Source of the DNA: Thermoplasmatota archaeon
Lineage (GTDB): Archaea; Thermoplasmatota; Thermoplasmata; UBA10834
Reading direction: 5' to 3'
Length of the DNA stretch: 64,000 bases
Assembly (NCBI GenBank): GCA_040751795.1
Contig: JBFMHR010000002.1
Span: 256,001-320,000, forward strand
Shown: piece after piece, positions 23,008 through 32,546 of the stretch
How the letters are laid out: every line of letters starts with the position of its first letter
How positions within the stretch are numbered: the stretch's first letter is position 1
The notes under the pieces: model-generated
What the model saw: only the letters and a program-made list of their open reading frames with translations
Told to the model about the DNA's origin: nothing
Databases searched by the model: none
Position numbers and translations under genes: made by a program

Positions 23008-25917
23008 TCAGTCTATCCTTCTTAAGGCCTCGGCGGGGGCCAGCCTGGCTGCCCTCCTGGACGGGGGCAGCACCGACAGGATCGTGACGGCGAAGGCGAT
23101 GGCGAAGACCAGGAGGACCTCGCCCCACGGGATGACGAACACCGAGATGTCCGAGAAGCCGCCCCAGTCGAAGAGCCTGTAGGAGAGCAGCAGCCCGAGC
23201 ACCACGCCGAGGACGATGCCGAGGAGGGCGACGAAGGAGGTCTCGAGCAGGAAGGTGCTGAGTATCATGCCCCTCTGGAACCCGATGGCCCGCATCACGC
23301 CTATCTCCTGCCTCCTCTCCGCGATGTTCCTTATGGTGATGATGCCGAGGCCGGATATCCCGACGATGAGGCCGACGCCGAGGAAGACCTCCATGAGCTG
23401 CATGACCGACGAGGACATGGCCATGGCCTCCTCGATGACGTCGTGGACCACTATCCCGTTGAGGCCGAACTCGGCCAGCCCCCTCTCGAGCTCCCCCATC
23501 ACGGCCTCGTCGGCGACCCCGGTGCCGGCGACGGTGTCGATGTAGAGGAGGTTGTCCATGACGCCGGTGGCGTGCGCGTCGACGAACGCCTTGGTCGTGA
23601 ACGCCCCGCCCACGAGTATCTGGTCCATGATCCCCACGACCGTCACGTTCACGCTCGAGCCGGCGGCGGATGTGACAGTGACGACGTCCCCCACGGCGGC
23701 GTACCACGCGCCAGGCTGGACCATGAACATCGACGGGACGACCGACCCGTCGAGTATGGTGAGGCCCGGGTCCTCCAGGACCGCGTTCCACGCCTCCTCG
23801 TCCGAGGCGTACTCCTCGGAGCGCTGGGCCAGCGAGAAGCGCCCCTCCTCCAGGAGCCCGTCGCTGAACCCGACCAGCATCCTGGTGGCGGACTCGTTCG
23901 AACCCTGGACGGACATCGTGACGTAGGCGGTGCTCGCCGTCTCCACCCTCTCTATCGCGTCGACGCCGAGGGCCGCGCCGACGCTCTCGGCCGCCTCCGT
24001 GAGGTTCGCCTCCGGCACCTCCCTGAGGGTGTACCCGATGATCTCGAAGCCGCCGGAGAACTTCTCGGAGAGGGTGTCCACGCTCTCCCTCTGGAACGAC
24101 GCTATCATGGCGATGACTATGACCGTGAACATGATCAGGGCGAAGATGAAGAGGGTGAGCCCCGTCCTGAACTTCTTGTTCATGGGGTAGCTCACGGCGG
24201 TCCTGAACACCGGGAGCAGGTTCCTGCCCCTTCCGAACAGCCTGACGAGGCCGGCCAGCATCAGGTCGCTGTTGAACATCGCGATGAGCACGGCCCCGGT
24301 CACCATCATCACCCCGGATATGATGAACATCTCGAGATTCCCCTCCAGCACGCCGAAGATGTAGGCCTCGATGCCGATGGGGTCGACGATGTAGTATATC
24401 ATCCAGAAGCCGGCGAGTGTGAATGGCACCCGCGGCCTGACGTACCTGACCGCGACCATGGCCGCCCCGCCGGAGGCGAGCGCCATTCCCGACGAGACGC
24501 CTGCGGCCTGCCCGGACGAGCCGCCGCCGTACATCAGGAGGAACCCGAGCGCGAGGGCCGCCAGTCCGGCGGCGAAGTACCTCCTCTCCGACTTCGCCAG
24601 CACCGGCTCGGGGATGTCCCGGATGGCCCTGACTATGTTGAGCCTGCTCACGCGCCACGACGCCGCCACCACAGTGAGCATGGTTATGAGGAAGCCCGCC
24701 GCGGCGGCGAGCGCCAGGCTCGCCCACTCGAAGTGCAGCGTGAACTCGAGGCCGCTGCCGCCCATCACGGCCGAGAACGCGTTGATCATCACGAACGCTA
24801 TGAGGAGGCCGAAGAGGGTCCCTACCGCGGAGGCGGCGAGGGCGTAGACCGCCCCTTCGAACACGAACGACTGGGTGAGGTCGCCCCTCTGCATCCCCAC
24901 CGCCCTGGAGATGCCCATCTCGGGCTTCCTCTCCTCCGCGAGCATGACGAATATGTTGACTATGAGCGCGACCCCCGCGATGATGGTGAAGGAGCTCATC
25001 AGGACGAAGAGCTGGGAGATCATGTCAGAGAGGGACTCGGCCTGCTCGACCCCCGCCCTCTTGACGTCGTCGTAGGTGTACTCCTCCCCGTCGGGGATCT
25101 CGGCCCTGAGCTCGGCTATCGCGGCGTCGGTGACCAGGTACCCGTCCTCCCTGGCGCCCTCGCAGGACACGTCCACGACGTTGACCATCGTCGGCGCGTG
25201 GAAGATGGATCCCTGGGCGTACTCCAGCTCCACGAACAGCATCCCCGCGAACCGCCAGGACCCCATGCCCTCGTCGGCCGCGATCGCCGACACCTCGAGG
25301 ACCAGGGGGGCTGCGTTCTTCGGGTACACGGCGACCGTGTCTCCCACCGCAAGGTCGAGGCTGCCCGCGAGGTCCTCGTTCGCGACGGCCTTTCCGTCGA
25401 CCAGCATGTCGCGGGTTATGGCGCCTCCGTCGGCGCGCTGGAGGCCGTTGACCACGTTGTCGGGGTCATACGCGAACAGGTACGCGGAGGGCTCCGCCTC
25501 GCCGGTGGAGGGGTCCACGACTGTGGAGACCTCCCGTATCGCGGGCGCGACAGCGTCGATGGCCTGGAGCCCGCCGTCCTCCAGCGTGTCTATGAGGCCG
25601 TAGGCGACGCTCTCGTTGAAGAACTGGTATATCCCGGCGTCGTCCTCGAGCGCGACGACGATGTCCACGTCGCCCGTGCTCTCGTAGACGTCGCCCCTGA
25701 TGATGTAGTCCATGGTGTCGCCGACCACGAGGGCCGCGGAGATCATGGCCGTGGCTATGAGCAGTCCGACGATGACTATGGCCGAGTACCTCTTCCTCCT
25801 CCGGATGTTCCTCCCGGCCATCTTGGCGAAGACCCTCCTCCGGACGGCCAGCAGGCCGGTCACGGCGAGGACCATTGCGACGAGGAACGCCAGTTGCACG
25901 AGCGCGCTCATGCGCAC
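23008..25917 (-). CDS. ABC transporter permease, duplicated MacB/FtsX-like domains
   Basis: Two repeats of TM - large extracellular domain - 3 TM, with EERKPEMGISRAVG and ERRQEIGVMRAIG. Confidence 0.9.
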   Translation of the reverse strand: MRMSALVQLAFLVAMVLAVTGLLAVRRRVFAKMAGRNIRRRKRYSAIVIVGLLIATAMISAALVVGDTMDYIIRGDVYESTGDVDIVVALEDDAGIYQFFNESVAYGLIDTLEDGGLQAIDAVAPAIREVSTVVDPSTGEAEPSAYLFAYDPDNVVNGLQRADGGAITRDMLVDGKAVANEDLAGSLDLAVGDTVAVYPKNAAPLVLEVSAIAADEGMGSWRFAGMLFVELEYAQGSIFHAPTMVNVVDVSCEGAREDGYLVTDAAIAELRAEIPDGEEYTYDDVKRAGVEQAESLSDMISQLFVLMSSFTIIAGVALIVNIFVMLAEERKPEMGISRAVGMQRGDLTQSFVFEGAVYALAASAVGTLFGLLIAFVMINAFSAVMGGSGLEFTLHFEWASLALAAAAGFLITMLTVVAASWRVSRLNIVRAIRDIPEPVLAKSERRYFAAGLAALALGFLLMYGGGSSGQAAGVSSGMALASGGAAMVAVRYVRPRVPFTLAGFWMIYYIVDPIGIEAYIFGVLEGNLEMFIISGVMMVTGAVLIAMFNSDLMLAGLVRLFGRGRNLLPVFRTAVSYPMNKKFRTGLTLFIFALIMFTVIVIAMIASFQRESVDTLSEKFSGGFEIIGYTLREVPEANLTEAAESVGAALGVDAIERVETASTAYVTMSVQGSNESATRMLVGFSDGLLEEGRFSLAQRSEEYASDEEAWNAVLEDPGLTILDGSVVPSMFMVQPGAWYAAVGDVVTVTSAAGSSVNVTVVGIMDQILVGGAFTTKAFVDAHATGVMDNLLYIDTVAGTGVADEAVMGELERGLAEFGLNGIVVHDVIEEAMAMSSSVMQLMEVFLGVGLIVGISGLGIITIRNIAERRQEIGVMRAIGFQRGMILSTFLLETSFVALLGIVLGVVLGLLLSYRLFDWGGFSDISVFVIPWGEVLLVFAIAFAVTILSVLPPSRRAARLAPAEALRRID

Positions 25918-25920
25918 ACC

Positions 25921-26670
25921 TCAGAAGGGCGCCGGGACGAAGTCCTTCTCGATGACCCCGTCCTTCATCATTATGATCCGGTCGGTCATCCTCCCGATGT
26001 TGTAGTCGTGCGTGACGACTATGAACGTCTGCCGGTTCTCCTTGTTCAGCTTCCTCAGGAGGTCCATTATCTCCTTGGAATACTCGCTGTCCAGGTTGCC
26101 GGTCGGCTCGTCGGCGAAGACGATCTCGGGGGTGTTGACGAGCGAGCGCGCGATGGTGACCCTCTGTTGCTGGCCGCCGGAGAGCTCCGACGGCTTGTGG
26201 TCCTTCCACTCCTCGAGGCCCACCGCCCTGAGGGCGTTCAGGGCCTTCTTCCTGGCCTCGGACGGGGAGGTGCCCGACAGCAGGAGGGGCAGCTCTGCGT
26301 TCTCCGCGGCCGTCAGGACCGGGAGCAGGTTGTAGGCCTGGAATATGAAGCCTATCTTCTCGGCGCGGTAGCGGGTCCTCTCGCGGTCGGTCATGTCCGT
26401 GAGGCGCCTGCCGCGTATGAGGACCTCCCCCTCTGTGATGTCGTCGAGGCCGGAGAGGCAGTTCAGGAGGGTCGTCTTGCCGCAGCCCGACGGCCCCATG
26501 ACGGCGACCATCTCCCCCTCCTTCACGGAGAGGTCTATGCCCCTGAGGGCGTCCACCTTCACCTTGCCGGAGTCGTAGACCTTCCTGAGGTTCCTCGCCT
26601 CCACTATGGAGGCCCCAGTCCCGGCGTCAGATGCCTGCTCCTTCCCCTTCGCAACCTTCTCCTTGGCCAT
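25921..26670 (-). CDS. ABC transporter ATP-binding protein (LolD/MacB-like)
   Basis: [25 protein letters not shown]; ATG at 26670 with RBS GAGGAGGT. Confidence 0.95.
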   Translation of the reverse strand: MAKEKVAKGKEQASDAGTGASIVEARNLRKVYDSGKVKVDALRGIDLSVKEGEMVAVMGPSGCGKTTLLNCLSGLDDITEGEVLIRGRRLTDMTDRERTRYRAEKIGFIFQAYNLLPVLTAAENAELPLLLSGTSPSEARKKALNALRAVGLEEWKDHKPSELSGGQQQRVTIARSLVNTPEIVFADEPTGNLDSEYSKEIMDLLRKLNKENRQTFIVVTHDYNIGRMTDRIIMMKDGVIEKDFVPAPF

Positions 26671-26825
26671 GGAAAAGACCTCCTCGGTCCCGGGGCCCCT
26701 CGCAGACGTGCGCGTAGGGCCTTCTGTGAACCAATACGGGAATCGTATTTCATCTTTATGTAGGTGGCCCGACAGGGCCGCCAACCACATTTATACTCCG
26801 ACGACCATCATCGCCGTGGGACCCC

Positions 26826-27866
26826 ATGCTGGACGACGTCAAGAGGATGGCATCCGTTGACTCCAGGGACATGCTCGGCGCGGTAGAGTCGATGTCGGAG
26901 CACCTGGCGGAGGGGGTCAGGCGCGGCAGGAAGGCCGGTCCCCCCAAGTGCTCCCCCGACTCGGTCGTGGTCTGCGGCATGGGCGGGTCGGCCATCGGCG
27001 GCGACGTGCTCAGGGCTTGGCTCGCCACGGATGTCGACATCCGGTGCGAGGTGGCGAGGGGCTACTCCGTCCCCAGGCACGTGGGCCGGCAGTCGCTCGT
27101 CGTCGTGTCGAGCTACTCCGGAAACACGGAGGAGTCGCTCAGCATGCTCGAGGACGCGCGGGCCAGGACCTCGAGGATCGTCACCGTCTCGTCGGGGGGC
27201 AGGCTGGCGGAGATGGCCGCCTCGCTGTCGCTCCCGCACGTCGCGGTCCCCTCGGGGATGGTGCCCCGCGCCTCGTTCGGCTACATGTTCGGCGCGCTTC
27301 TCGGGGTCGTGGAGCGCGCGGGGATCGCCTCGCCCGGCAAGCAGCTCGACGAGGCGGCCAGGGTGTTGGCGCAGGTGAACGGCAGGTGCTCCCGCGGCGT
27401 CCAGACGCAGGACAACCCCGCCAAGAGGATGGCCCACGAGCTGCACGGGTCGGTGCCCGTGGTCATAGGCCACGGCCTCAGCGCCCCTGTGGCGAGGCGC
27501 TGGGCCAACCAGATGAACGAGAACGCCAAGAGCGCCGCGTTCGCGTCCGAGCTGCCGGAGATGGACCACAACGAGGTCGTCTTCTGGGCCGCCGACCCCA
27601 GGAGCCAGGGCTTCTCGGCGGTGTTCCTCGACCACGACTTCTCCGACGCGAGGATGGCGCGGAGGCTCGAGGCGACGAGGGAGATGGTGTGCTCACGGTC
27701 CGCCGCGCACGTCGTCAGGGCCACGGGCAGGAGCCCGCTCGCGCAGATCATGTCGCTCGTCTCCGTCGGCGACTACATCAGCGTCTACAGCGCGGTGCTC
27801 AGGGGAGAGGACCCGAGCACGACGGAGCCGATCGAGAGGCTCAAGGACATTATATCGAAAAAGTGA
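26826..27866 (+). CDS. Bifunctional phosphoglucose/phosphomannose isomerase
   Basis: GMGGSAIGG, SYSGNTEE, QMNENAK, PEMDHNE. Confidence 0.93.
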   Translation: MLDDVKRMASVDSRDMLGAVESMSEHLAEGVRRGRKAGPPKCSPDSVVVCGMGGSAIGGDVLRAWLATDVDIRCEVARGYSVPRHVGRQSLVVVSSYSGNTEESLSMLEDARARTSRIVTVSSGGRLAEMAASLSLPHVAVPSGMVPRASFGYMFGALLGVVERAGIASPGKQLDEAARVLAQVNGRCSRGVQTQDNPAKRMAHELHGSVPVVIGHGLSAPVARRWANQMNENAKSAAFASELPEMDHNEVVFWAADPRSQGFSAVFLDHDFSDARMARRLEATREMVCSRSAAHVVRATGRSPLAQIMSLVSVGDYISVYSAVLRGEDPSTTEPIERLKDIISKK

Positions 27867-27909
27867 GCCGCCCTCGCGTAGAGCGCAGGCCATCGCCCAC
27901 GGATGAATT

Positions 27910-27948
27910 AAAAAAAGGCATCGGAGAGGGGGGTACATTCCCCCTCTC
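27910..27948 (-). terminator. Hairpin + U7 terminator
   Basis: GAGAGGGGG/CCCCCTCTC 9-bp stem followed on the minus strand by T7 (A-run 27910-27916), downstream of the RHH gene. Confidence 0.7.
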
Positions 27949-28060
27949 GCCCTTCACTTGCCTTCTTCAGAGGCGTGCCCTTCCTTTCCCTTTTCCGTCC
28001 CGCGGACGCCCGGCAGTCCGGGCCCGTGCGTCGAGAGGCCTCCGTTCCCACAGTGAACAT

Positions 28061-28462
28061 TCATTGCACGCGCATCCGAGACGCGGCGCGGGCCATCCCT
28101 TTCCTCGTGCCGCGCTCCTCGACCGCCTCTGAGACCTTCTGGCGCAGGAGGTCCTTGCCTTCGAGGTAGTAGCGCTTCCTATCCTCGACCCATCCGGCAA
28201 GGGCGAGAGTCACGGCCTGTGAGATGTCCGTTGCATCGCCGCTGGCGATGAACATCTCCACATCCTCCATGACCGCGGACGGGACGATGGCGCTGATCTT
28301 GTCCGAGTTCCATGTCCCTGCCTCGTCCTGGAGGTACGACTGGACGGCATCCCTGAACACGTCCGATACGCTCGCTTGGCCGTTCCTCTCCCTTATCGCC
28401 TCTAGCTCCCTGAGGTCCTCTTCGGGAAGTCTGACATTGATGCGTGCGGTCCTCGTAGTCAT
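28061..28462 (-). CDS. Tandem ribbon-helix-helix (CopG/MetJ-like) regulator
   Basis: RINVRLPEEDLRELE...SVSDVFRDAV and a second repeat KISAIVPSAVMEDVE...DISQAVTLAL. Confidence 0.8.
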   Translation of the reverse strand: MTTRTARINVRLPEEDLRELEAIRERNGQASVSDVFRDAVQSYLQDEAGTWNSDKISAIVPSAVMEDVEMFIASGDATDISQAVTLALAGWVEDRKRYYLEGKDLLRQKVSEAVEERGTRKGMARAASRMRVQ

Positions 28463-28478
28463 TGCAATCGCGGAGCCT

Positions 28479-28499
28479 TGTACGACAAATTGTCGTACA
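28479..28499. promoter_or_regulatory. Perfect palindromic operator TGTACGACAA-A-TTGTCGTACA
   Basis: 10-bp perfect inverted repeat between the minus-strand TATA-like TTTATA (28503-28508) and the RHH start codon. Confidence 0.75.
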
Positions 28500-28676
28500 G
28501 TCTATAAATAGCTATCTAGAAATCGGCCGACCCCCGTTTCCACTGCAACCTGTGGGGGACGCCGCCTCCCCGGGGCGGTCCCCTCGCGCCTGCGGCGCGA
28601 GCGCCCGTCGGAGGCGGGCCACGGATGTCCGGTTTGGGTGCATAATTTTTTAACCTGTCAGTGATTCCCTCAGTCC

Positions 28677-29969
28677 GTGCCTAGTCCGAGGGAGACAGCC
28701 CAGTCCATAAGGGTCCTCACCAGGAAGCACAACTCATGGTTCAAGGACTCCATCCCCCTGATCGCCTCCGAGAACGTCATGAGCCCACTGGCCCGCGAGG
28801 TCATGAACTCCGACCTCCACAACCGGTACGCCGAGGGGCTCCCCGGGAAGCGGTACTACCAGGGGAACATCTACGTCGACGAGATCGAGTCCCAGTGCGA
28901 GGCGCTCGCCAAGGATGTCTTCTCCTGCAAGTTCGCGGACGTCAGGCCCACCTCCGGCACGGTCTGCAACCTCGCCGTCCTCATGGCCATCGCGAAGCCC
29001 AGGGACAAGATGACCACGGTCGCCCTCTCCGACGGCGGCCACATATCCCATGCGAAGATAGGCGCCACAGGCCTCCGCGGGGTCAAGACGTTCAACTACC
29101 CGTTCGACGAGGACACGATGAACATCGATGTCCAGGGGACGAAGAGGCTCATCAGGGAGGTCAGGCCCCAGGTCGCCCTCTTCGGGCAGTCCGTGTACCT
29201 GTTCCCGACCCCGCTGGACGAGGTGAGGGAGGTCTTCGACGAGGTCGGGTGCAGGACATGGTACGACGCGGCCCACGTCCTAGGCCTCATCGCCGGCAAG
29301 AGGTTCCAGGACCCCATGCGCCAGGGCATCGACGTCGTCTCCGGGAGCACCCACAAGACCCTCCCCGGGCCGCAGCACGGGGTCATCCTCTCCGACCTCT
29401 CCGAGGAGGGGCTCGAGCCCGCCCTGAGGCGCGGCGTGTTCCCCGGAGTCACGAGCAACCACCACCTCCACTCCGTGGCCGCGCTCGCCGTGACGCTGGC
29501 TGAGACGAAGGAGTTCGGGGAGGCGTACGCCGACCAGACCGTCAGGAACGCGAAGGCGCTCGCCCAGGCCCTTCACACGAGGGGCATGGACGTCCTCTGC
29601 GAGAAGCACGGGTTCACCGAGTCGCACACGATAGTCGTGGACGTCGAGGAGTTCAGGGGAGGCGCGAAGGTCGCCAAGGCGCTCGAGGCGGCCAACATCA
29701 TCGTCAACAAGAACCTCCTGCCCTGGGACTCCGACCCTGTGAGGCCGTCCGGCATACGCCTGGGCTCACAGGAGGTCACCAGGCTCGGCATGGAGGAGAG
29801 GGACATGGACGCCGTCGCCGAGCTGATCGCCAGGGTCGCCAAGGGCGAGGACCCGGCGAAGGTGAGGGCCGACGCGGCCGCGCTCAAGGGCGGCTTCACC
29901 AAGGTCCACTACTGCTTCTTCGAGGGCGAGGAGGCCTACGACTACCCCTCGTACGACGGCGACGTCTGA
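28677..29969 (+). CDS. glyA: Serine hydroxymethyltransferase
   Basis: LIASEN, RYAEG, GGHISH, GSTHKTLPGP PLP-lysine motif, VNKNLLP. Confidence 0.97.
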   Translation: MPSPRETAQSIRVLTRKHNSWFKDSIPLIASENVMSPLAREVMNSDLHNRYAEGLPGKRYYQGNIYVDEIESQCEALAKDVFSCKFADVRPTSGTVCNLAVLMAIAKPRDKMTTVALSDGGHISHAKIGATGLRGVKTFNYPFDEDTMNIDVQGTKRLIREVRPQVALFGQSVYLFPTPLDEVREVFDEVGCRTWYDAAHVLGLIAGKRFQDPMRQGIDVVSGSTHKTLPGPQHGVILSDLSEEGLEPALRRGVFPGVTSNHHLHSVAALAVTLAETKEFGEAYADQTVRNAKALAQALHTRGMDVLCEKHGFTESHTIVVDVEEFRGGAKVAKALEAANIIVNKNLLPWDSDPVRPSGIRLGSQEVTRLGMEERDMDAVAELIARVAKGEDPAKVRADAAALKGGFTKVHYCFFEGEEAYDYPSYDGDV

Positions 29970-30045
29970 GGCGTGTCCGCCCCCCGATAGGCACGCCTGC
30001 AGGTTTATTACCGGACAGCATCATCCCTCTTCCTACTGATCCGGG

Positions 30046-30825
30046 ATGGCTGCTAGCATTCGCGCGGTCCAGACGGCTATCGCGCTGGTCAACGTGCTGA
30101 TATTCGCGCTGGTGTTCACCAGCCTGTGGCCTTTCCCGAGCGGTGACTTCAACATCGACCTCCCCAGCGCCAACGACGTGGTGTGGGACTACGACGACGG
30201 CGTCGTGACGGTCTCGGCCCCGTACTCGATCGACAACGGAGGCTTCTACGACGTGGAGGACCTCCTGCTCACGTACGACGTCAGGAACTACTCGGGCGAG
30301 GAGCTCCACTCGGGCGAGGTGGAGATAGGGACCCTCCCGGCGGGCCAGGTCTCGGCCGACTCCATCGACTTCACCTTCCCGATACTCGAGATGTACGAGT
30401 CGGGCGAGACGTGGATGGTGTTCAACGACGCCTTCCTCACCTTCAGGGTGGACGTCTCGTGCTACTACACCATGAGGCTCGTCCACTTCTACGCCGAGTA
30501 CAACGTGAGCGTGCCGTGGGAGGCGCTGATCCAGGAGGTCGAGTTCGACGGCGCGAGCGTCGACGACGGCCTCCTCCTCATCGACTACCACATCGCCACC
30601 TCCGACATATTCGACGGGCTCACGACGATGGACGTGTACCTGTACAACGGCACGGACCTCGTCGGCCACGAGTGGGAGACCATCTCCCTCGGGGGGTACC
30701 ACGACGGGACCTTCGCCTTCCCGCTGCCCCTCTCGTCGGTCCCGGACCGGGTCGTCTTCAGCGCCCAGGTCTACGACTTCCCCGTCGTGGAGACCGTAGC
30801 CTTCGACCCGGGGTGGTTGGCGTGA
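30046..30825 (+). CDS. Hypothetical membrane-anchored acidic beta-rich protein
   Basis: N-terminal TM/signal, then an acidic, aromatic-rich extracellular region; host-like codon usage. Confidence 0.75.
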   Translation: MAASIRAVQTAIALVNVLIFALVFTSLWPFPSGDFNIDLPSANDVVWDYDDGVVTVSAPYSIDNGGFYDVEDLLLTYDVRNYSGEELHSGEVEIGTLPAGQVSADSIDFTFPILEMYESGETWMVFNDAFLTFRVDVSCYYTMRLVHFYAEYNVSVPWEALIQEVEFDGASVDDGLLLIDYHIATSDIFDGLTTMDVYLYNGTDLVGHEWETISLGGYHDGTFAFPLPLSSVPDRVVFSAQVYDFPVVETVAFDPGWLA

Positions 30826-31535
30826 GCAAGAGCAGGTTCTCCGACGCCGTCTGGACGGCGTTCACTGAGTCGCTCCGGTTCATCGTCGTGCCGCTGATCC
30901 TCATCGACCTCGTCACCAGCCACTACCCGCAGCTCGCCACGGCCTTCATGACGGAGATAGAGGGGTTCGTCCTCTTCTTCGGCGGGATGATCGTGGCCGC
31001 GAGCACCCTGGAGTCGGTCCACAGGGCGGGGACCTACAAGCGCCTGCTGTTCGGCCTGTCGGCGCTCATCTTCGTCTGCATGTGGCTCTTCGTCATATTC
31101 GGCGGGGGCATGGCGGAGTTCTCGTACGGCCCGTACTTCGTGCGCATGGACCTGACGAAGATCGTGTTCATCATCCTGGCCGGGGTCTCCCTCAAGGGGG
31201 TCCTGGTCTACATGACCTTCTCGGCCCACAGGAGGGCGGAGGTCGAGCGCGCGAGGAAGAAGAGGGTCGAGGAGGCCGTGAGGGCCCGGGAGGAGGCGGC
31301 GCTGGTTAAGAGGAGGAGGCCCGCCCACGCGGCGCCCCGCGCGGCCTTCGCCGACTTCAGCTCGGCCGAGTTCGAGGTCACCGCGGACGACGAGGTCGGG
31401 TACACGCCGGCCCCGAACGCGAAGGACGCCGCGAAGGGGATGAAGATCTGCGAGGTCTGCGGCGCGTCCGCCCCGACCAAGGACTACGTCTGCAAGAACT
31501 GCGGCTCGTGGTTCCCCGCGGATTCGGTCACCTAG
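30822..31535 (+). CDS. Hypothetical 4-TM membrane protein with C-terminal zinc ribbon
   Basis: GTG start overlaps upstream stop; 4 TM helices, charged helix, CEVC-x10-CKNC. Confidence 0.8.
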   Translation: MSKSRFSDAVWTAFTESLRFIVVPLILIDLVTSHYPQLATAFMTEIEGFVLFFGGMIVAASTLESVHRAGTYKRLLFGLSALIFVCMWLFVIFGGGMAEFSYGPYFVRMDLTKIVFIILAGVSLKGVLVYMTFSAHRRAEVERARKKRVEEAVRAREEAALVKRRRPAHAAPRAAFADFSSAEFEVTADDEVGYTPAPNAKDAAKGMKICEVCGASAPTKDYVCKNCGSWFPADSVT

Positions 31536-32448
31536 GGGCCGCGCCGAGCGCCTCGAGCATCTGGCAGGCCTTGCACCTCTCCGAGACCGCGGGCTCCCCG
31601 CAGGCGCACTTCCCAAGGACGGCCGGCGCGAAGGCCGCCTCGAGGGCGGGGCGCAGGTCGTCGAGGCTCCTGAGCAGCGAGTGCCTCGTCCCGGGGAACC
31701 TGTCCTCGAGAGTGGCCAGGACCTCCCTGTACGAGTTCCTCACCGCGCCGGGGGCGTACGGGCACTCGAGGTCGTGGAACTCCAGCCCGTTGACCATGGC
31801 GTACAGCAGCGACTCGCTCTCCGGTATCGTCCTCAGGGGCTGCAACCTCCTGACCAGCCCGGGCTGCTCCCTCCTGTGCGGGCCGAGCCTCGCGAGCCTC
31901 TCGACGTCACCCCGGGCGAAGTCCATCAGTATCGACTGGGCGGTGTCGTCCAGGTTCAGGCCCGTGGCGATGTGCGTCGCCCCCCACCCGCGCGCCGCCG
32001 TGTTCATCGCCCTCCTCCTCAGGACGCCGCAGTAGCTGCAGGCGGACTGCTCCATCCCCTTGTGCGCTATTTCGTCCATGGTCGTGCCGTACATCTCCCT
32101 GAACGAGACCACTATGTGCTCGAGGCCGAGGCGCGCGCAGCTCCTTGCGACTATGGGTATCGACGACTCCCTGTACCCGGATATCCCCTCGTCGACGGTG
32201 ACGGCGCAGAGGGCCAAGTCCCTGCGCCTGCCGATTATCTTGGCCAGGAGCTCGAGCGCCACGGTGCTGTCCTTGCCCCCGGAGACCGCGACGGCGATGC
32301 GCTCGCCGCCCTCCAGGTCGACCTGCCCCCTGATCTCGTGCTTGACCCGCCTCTCGACGAAGTCGGAGAAGTGCTCCTCGCAGAGGTGGGCGCCGCTGTA
32401 CCGGACGAATACGACCGCCTGCCTGCCGCACTTGTCGCAGAGGGACAC
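31528..32448 (-). CDS. ncsA: tRNA 2-thiolation protein (NcsA/TtuA/Ctu1 family)
   Basis: CDKC..LCEEH Zn finger, SGGKDS PP-loop, CSYCGVLRR, NLDD, CPYA, C-terminal Zn finger. Confidence 0.9.
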   Translation of the reverse strand: MSLCDKCGRQAVVFVRYSGAHLCEEHFSDFVERRVKHEIRGQVDLEGGERIAVAVSGGKDSTVALELLAKIIGRRRDLALCAVTVDEGISGYRESSIPIVARSCARLGLEHIVVSFREMYGTTMDEIAHKGMEQSACSYCGVLRRRAMNTAARGWGATHIATGLNLDDTAQSILMDFARGDVERLARLGPHRREQPGLVRRLQPLRTIPESESLLYAMVNGLEFHDLECPYAPGAVRNSYREVLATLEDRFPGTRHSLLRSLDDLRPALEAAFAPAVLGKCACGEPAVSERCKACQMLEALGAAPR

Positions 32449-32546
32449 TGGCTTGCGATGCGGGGACCGGATATATTATTGCTTGTTTCGTGCAGCCCCC
32501 ACCAAGTTATTATTAAGGTTACTGCATTCGAGAGGCGCTGACTCCC

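Noticed and set aside
28550-28624. tRNA gene
   Set aside because: Cloverleaf-like size but 3-nt loops, no GTTC T-loop and no anticodon loop.
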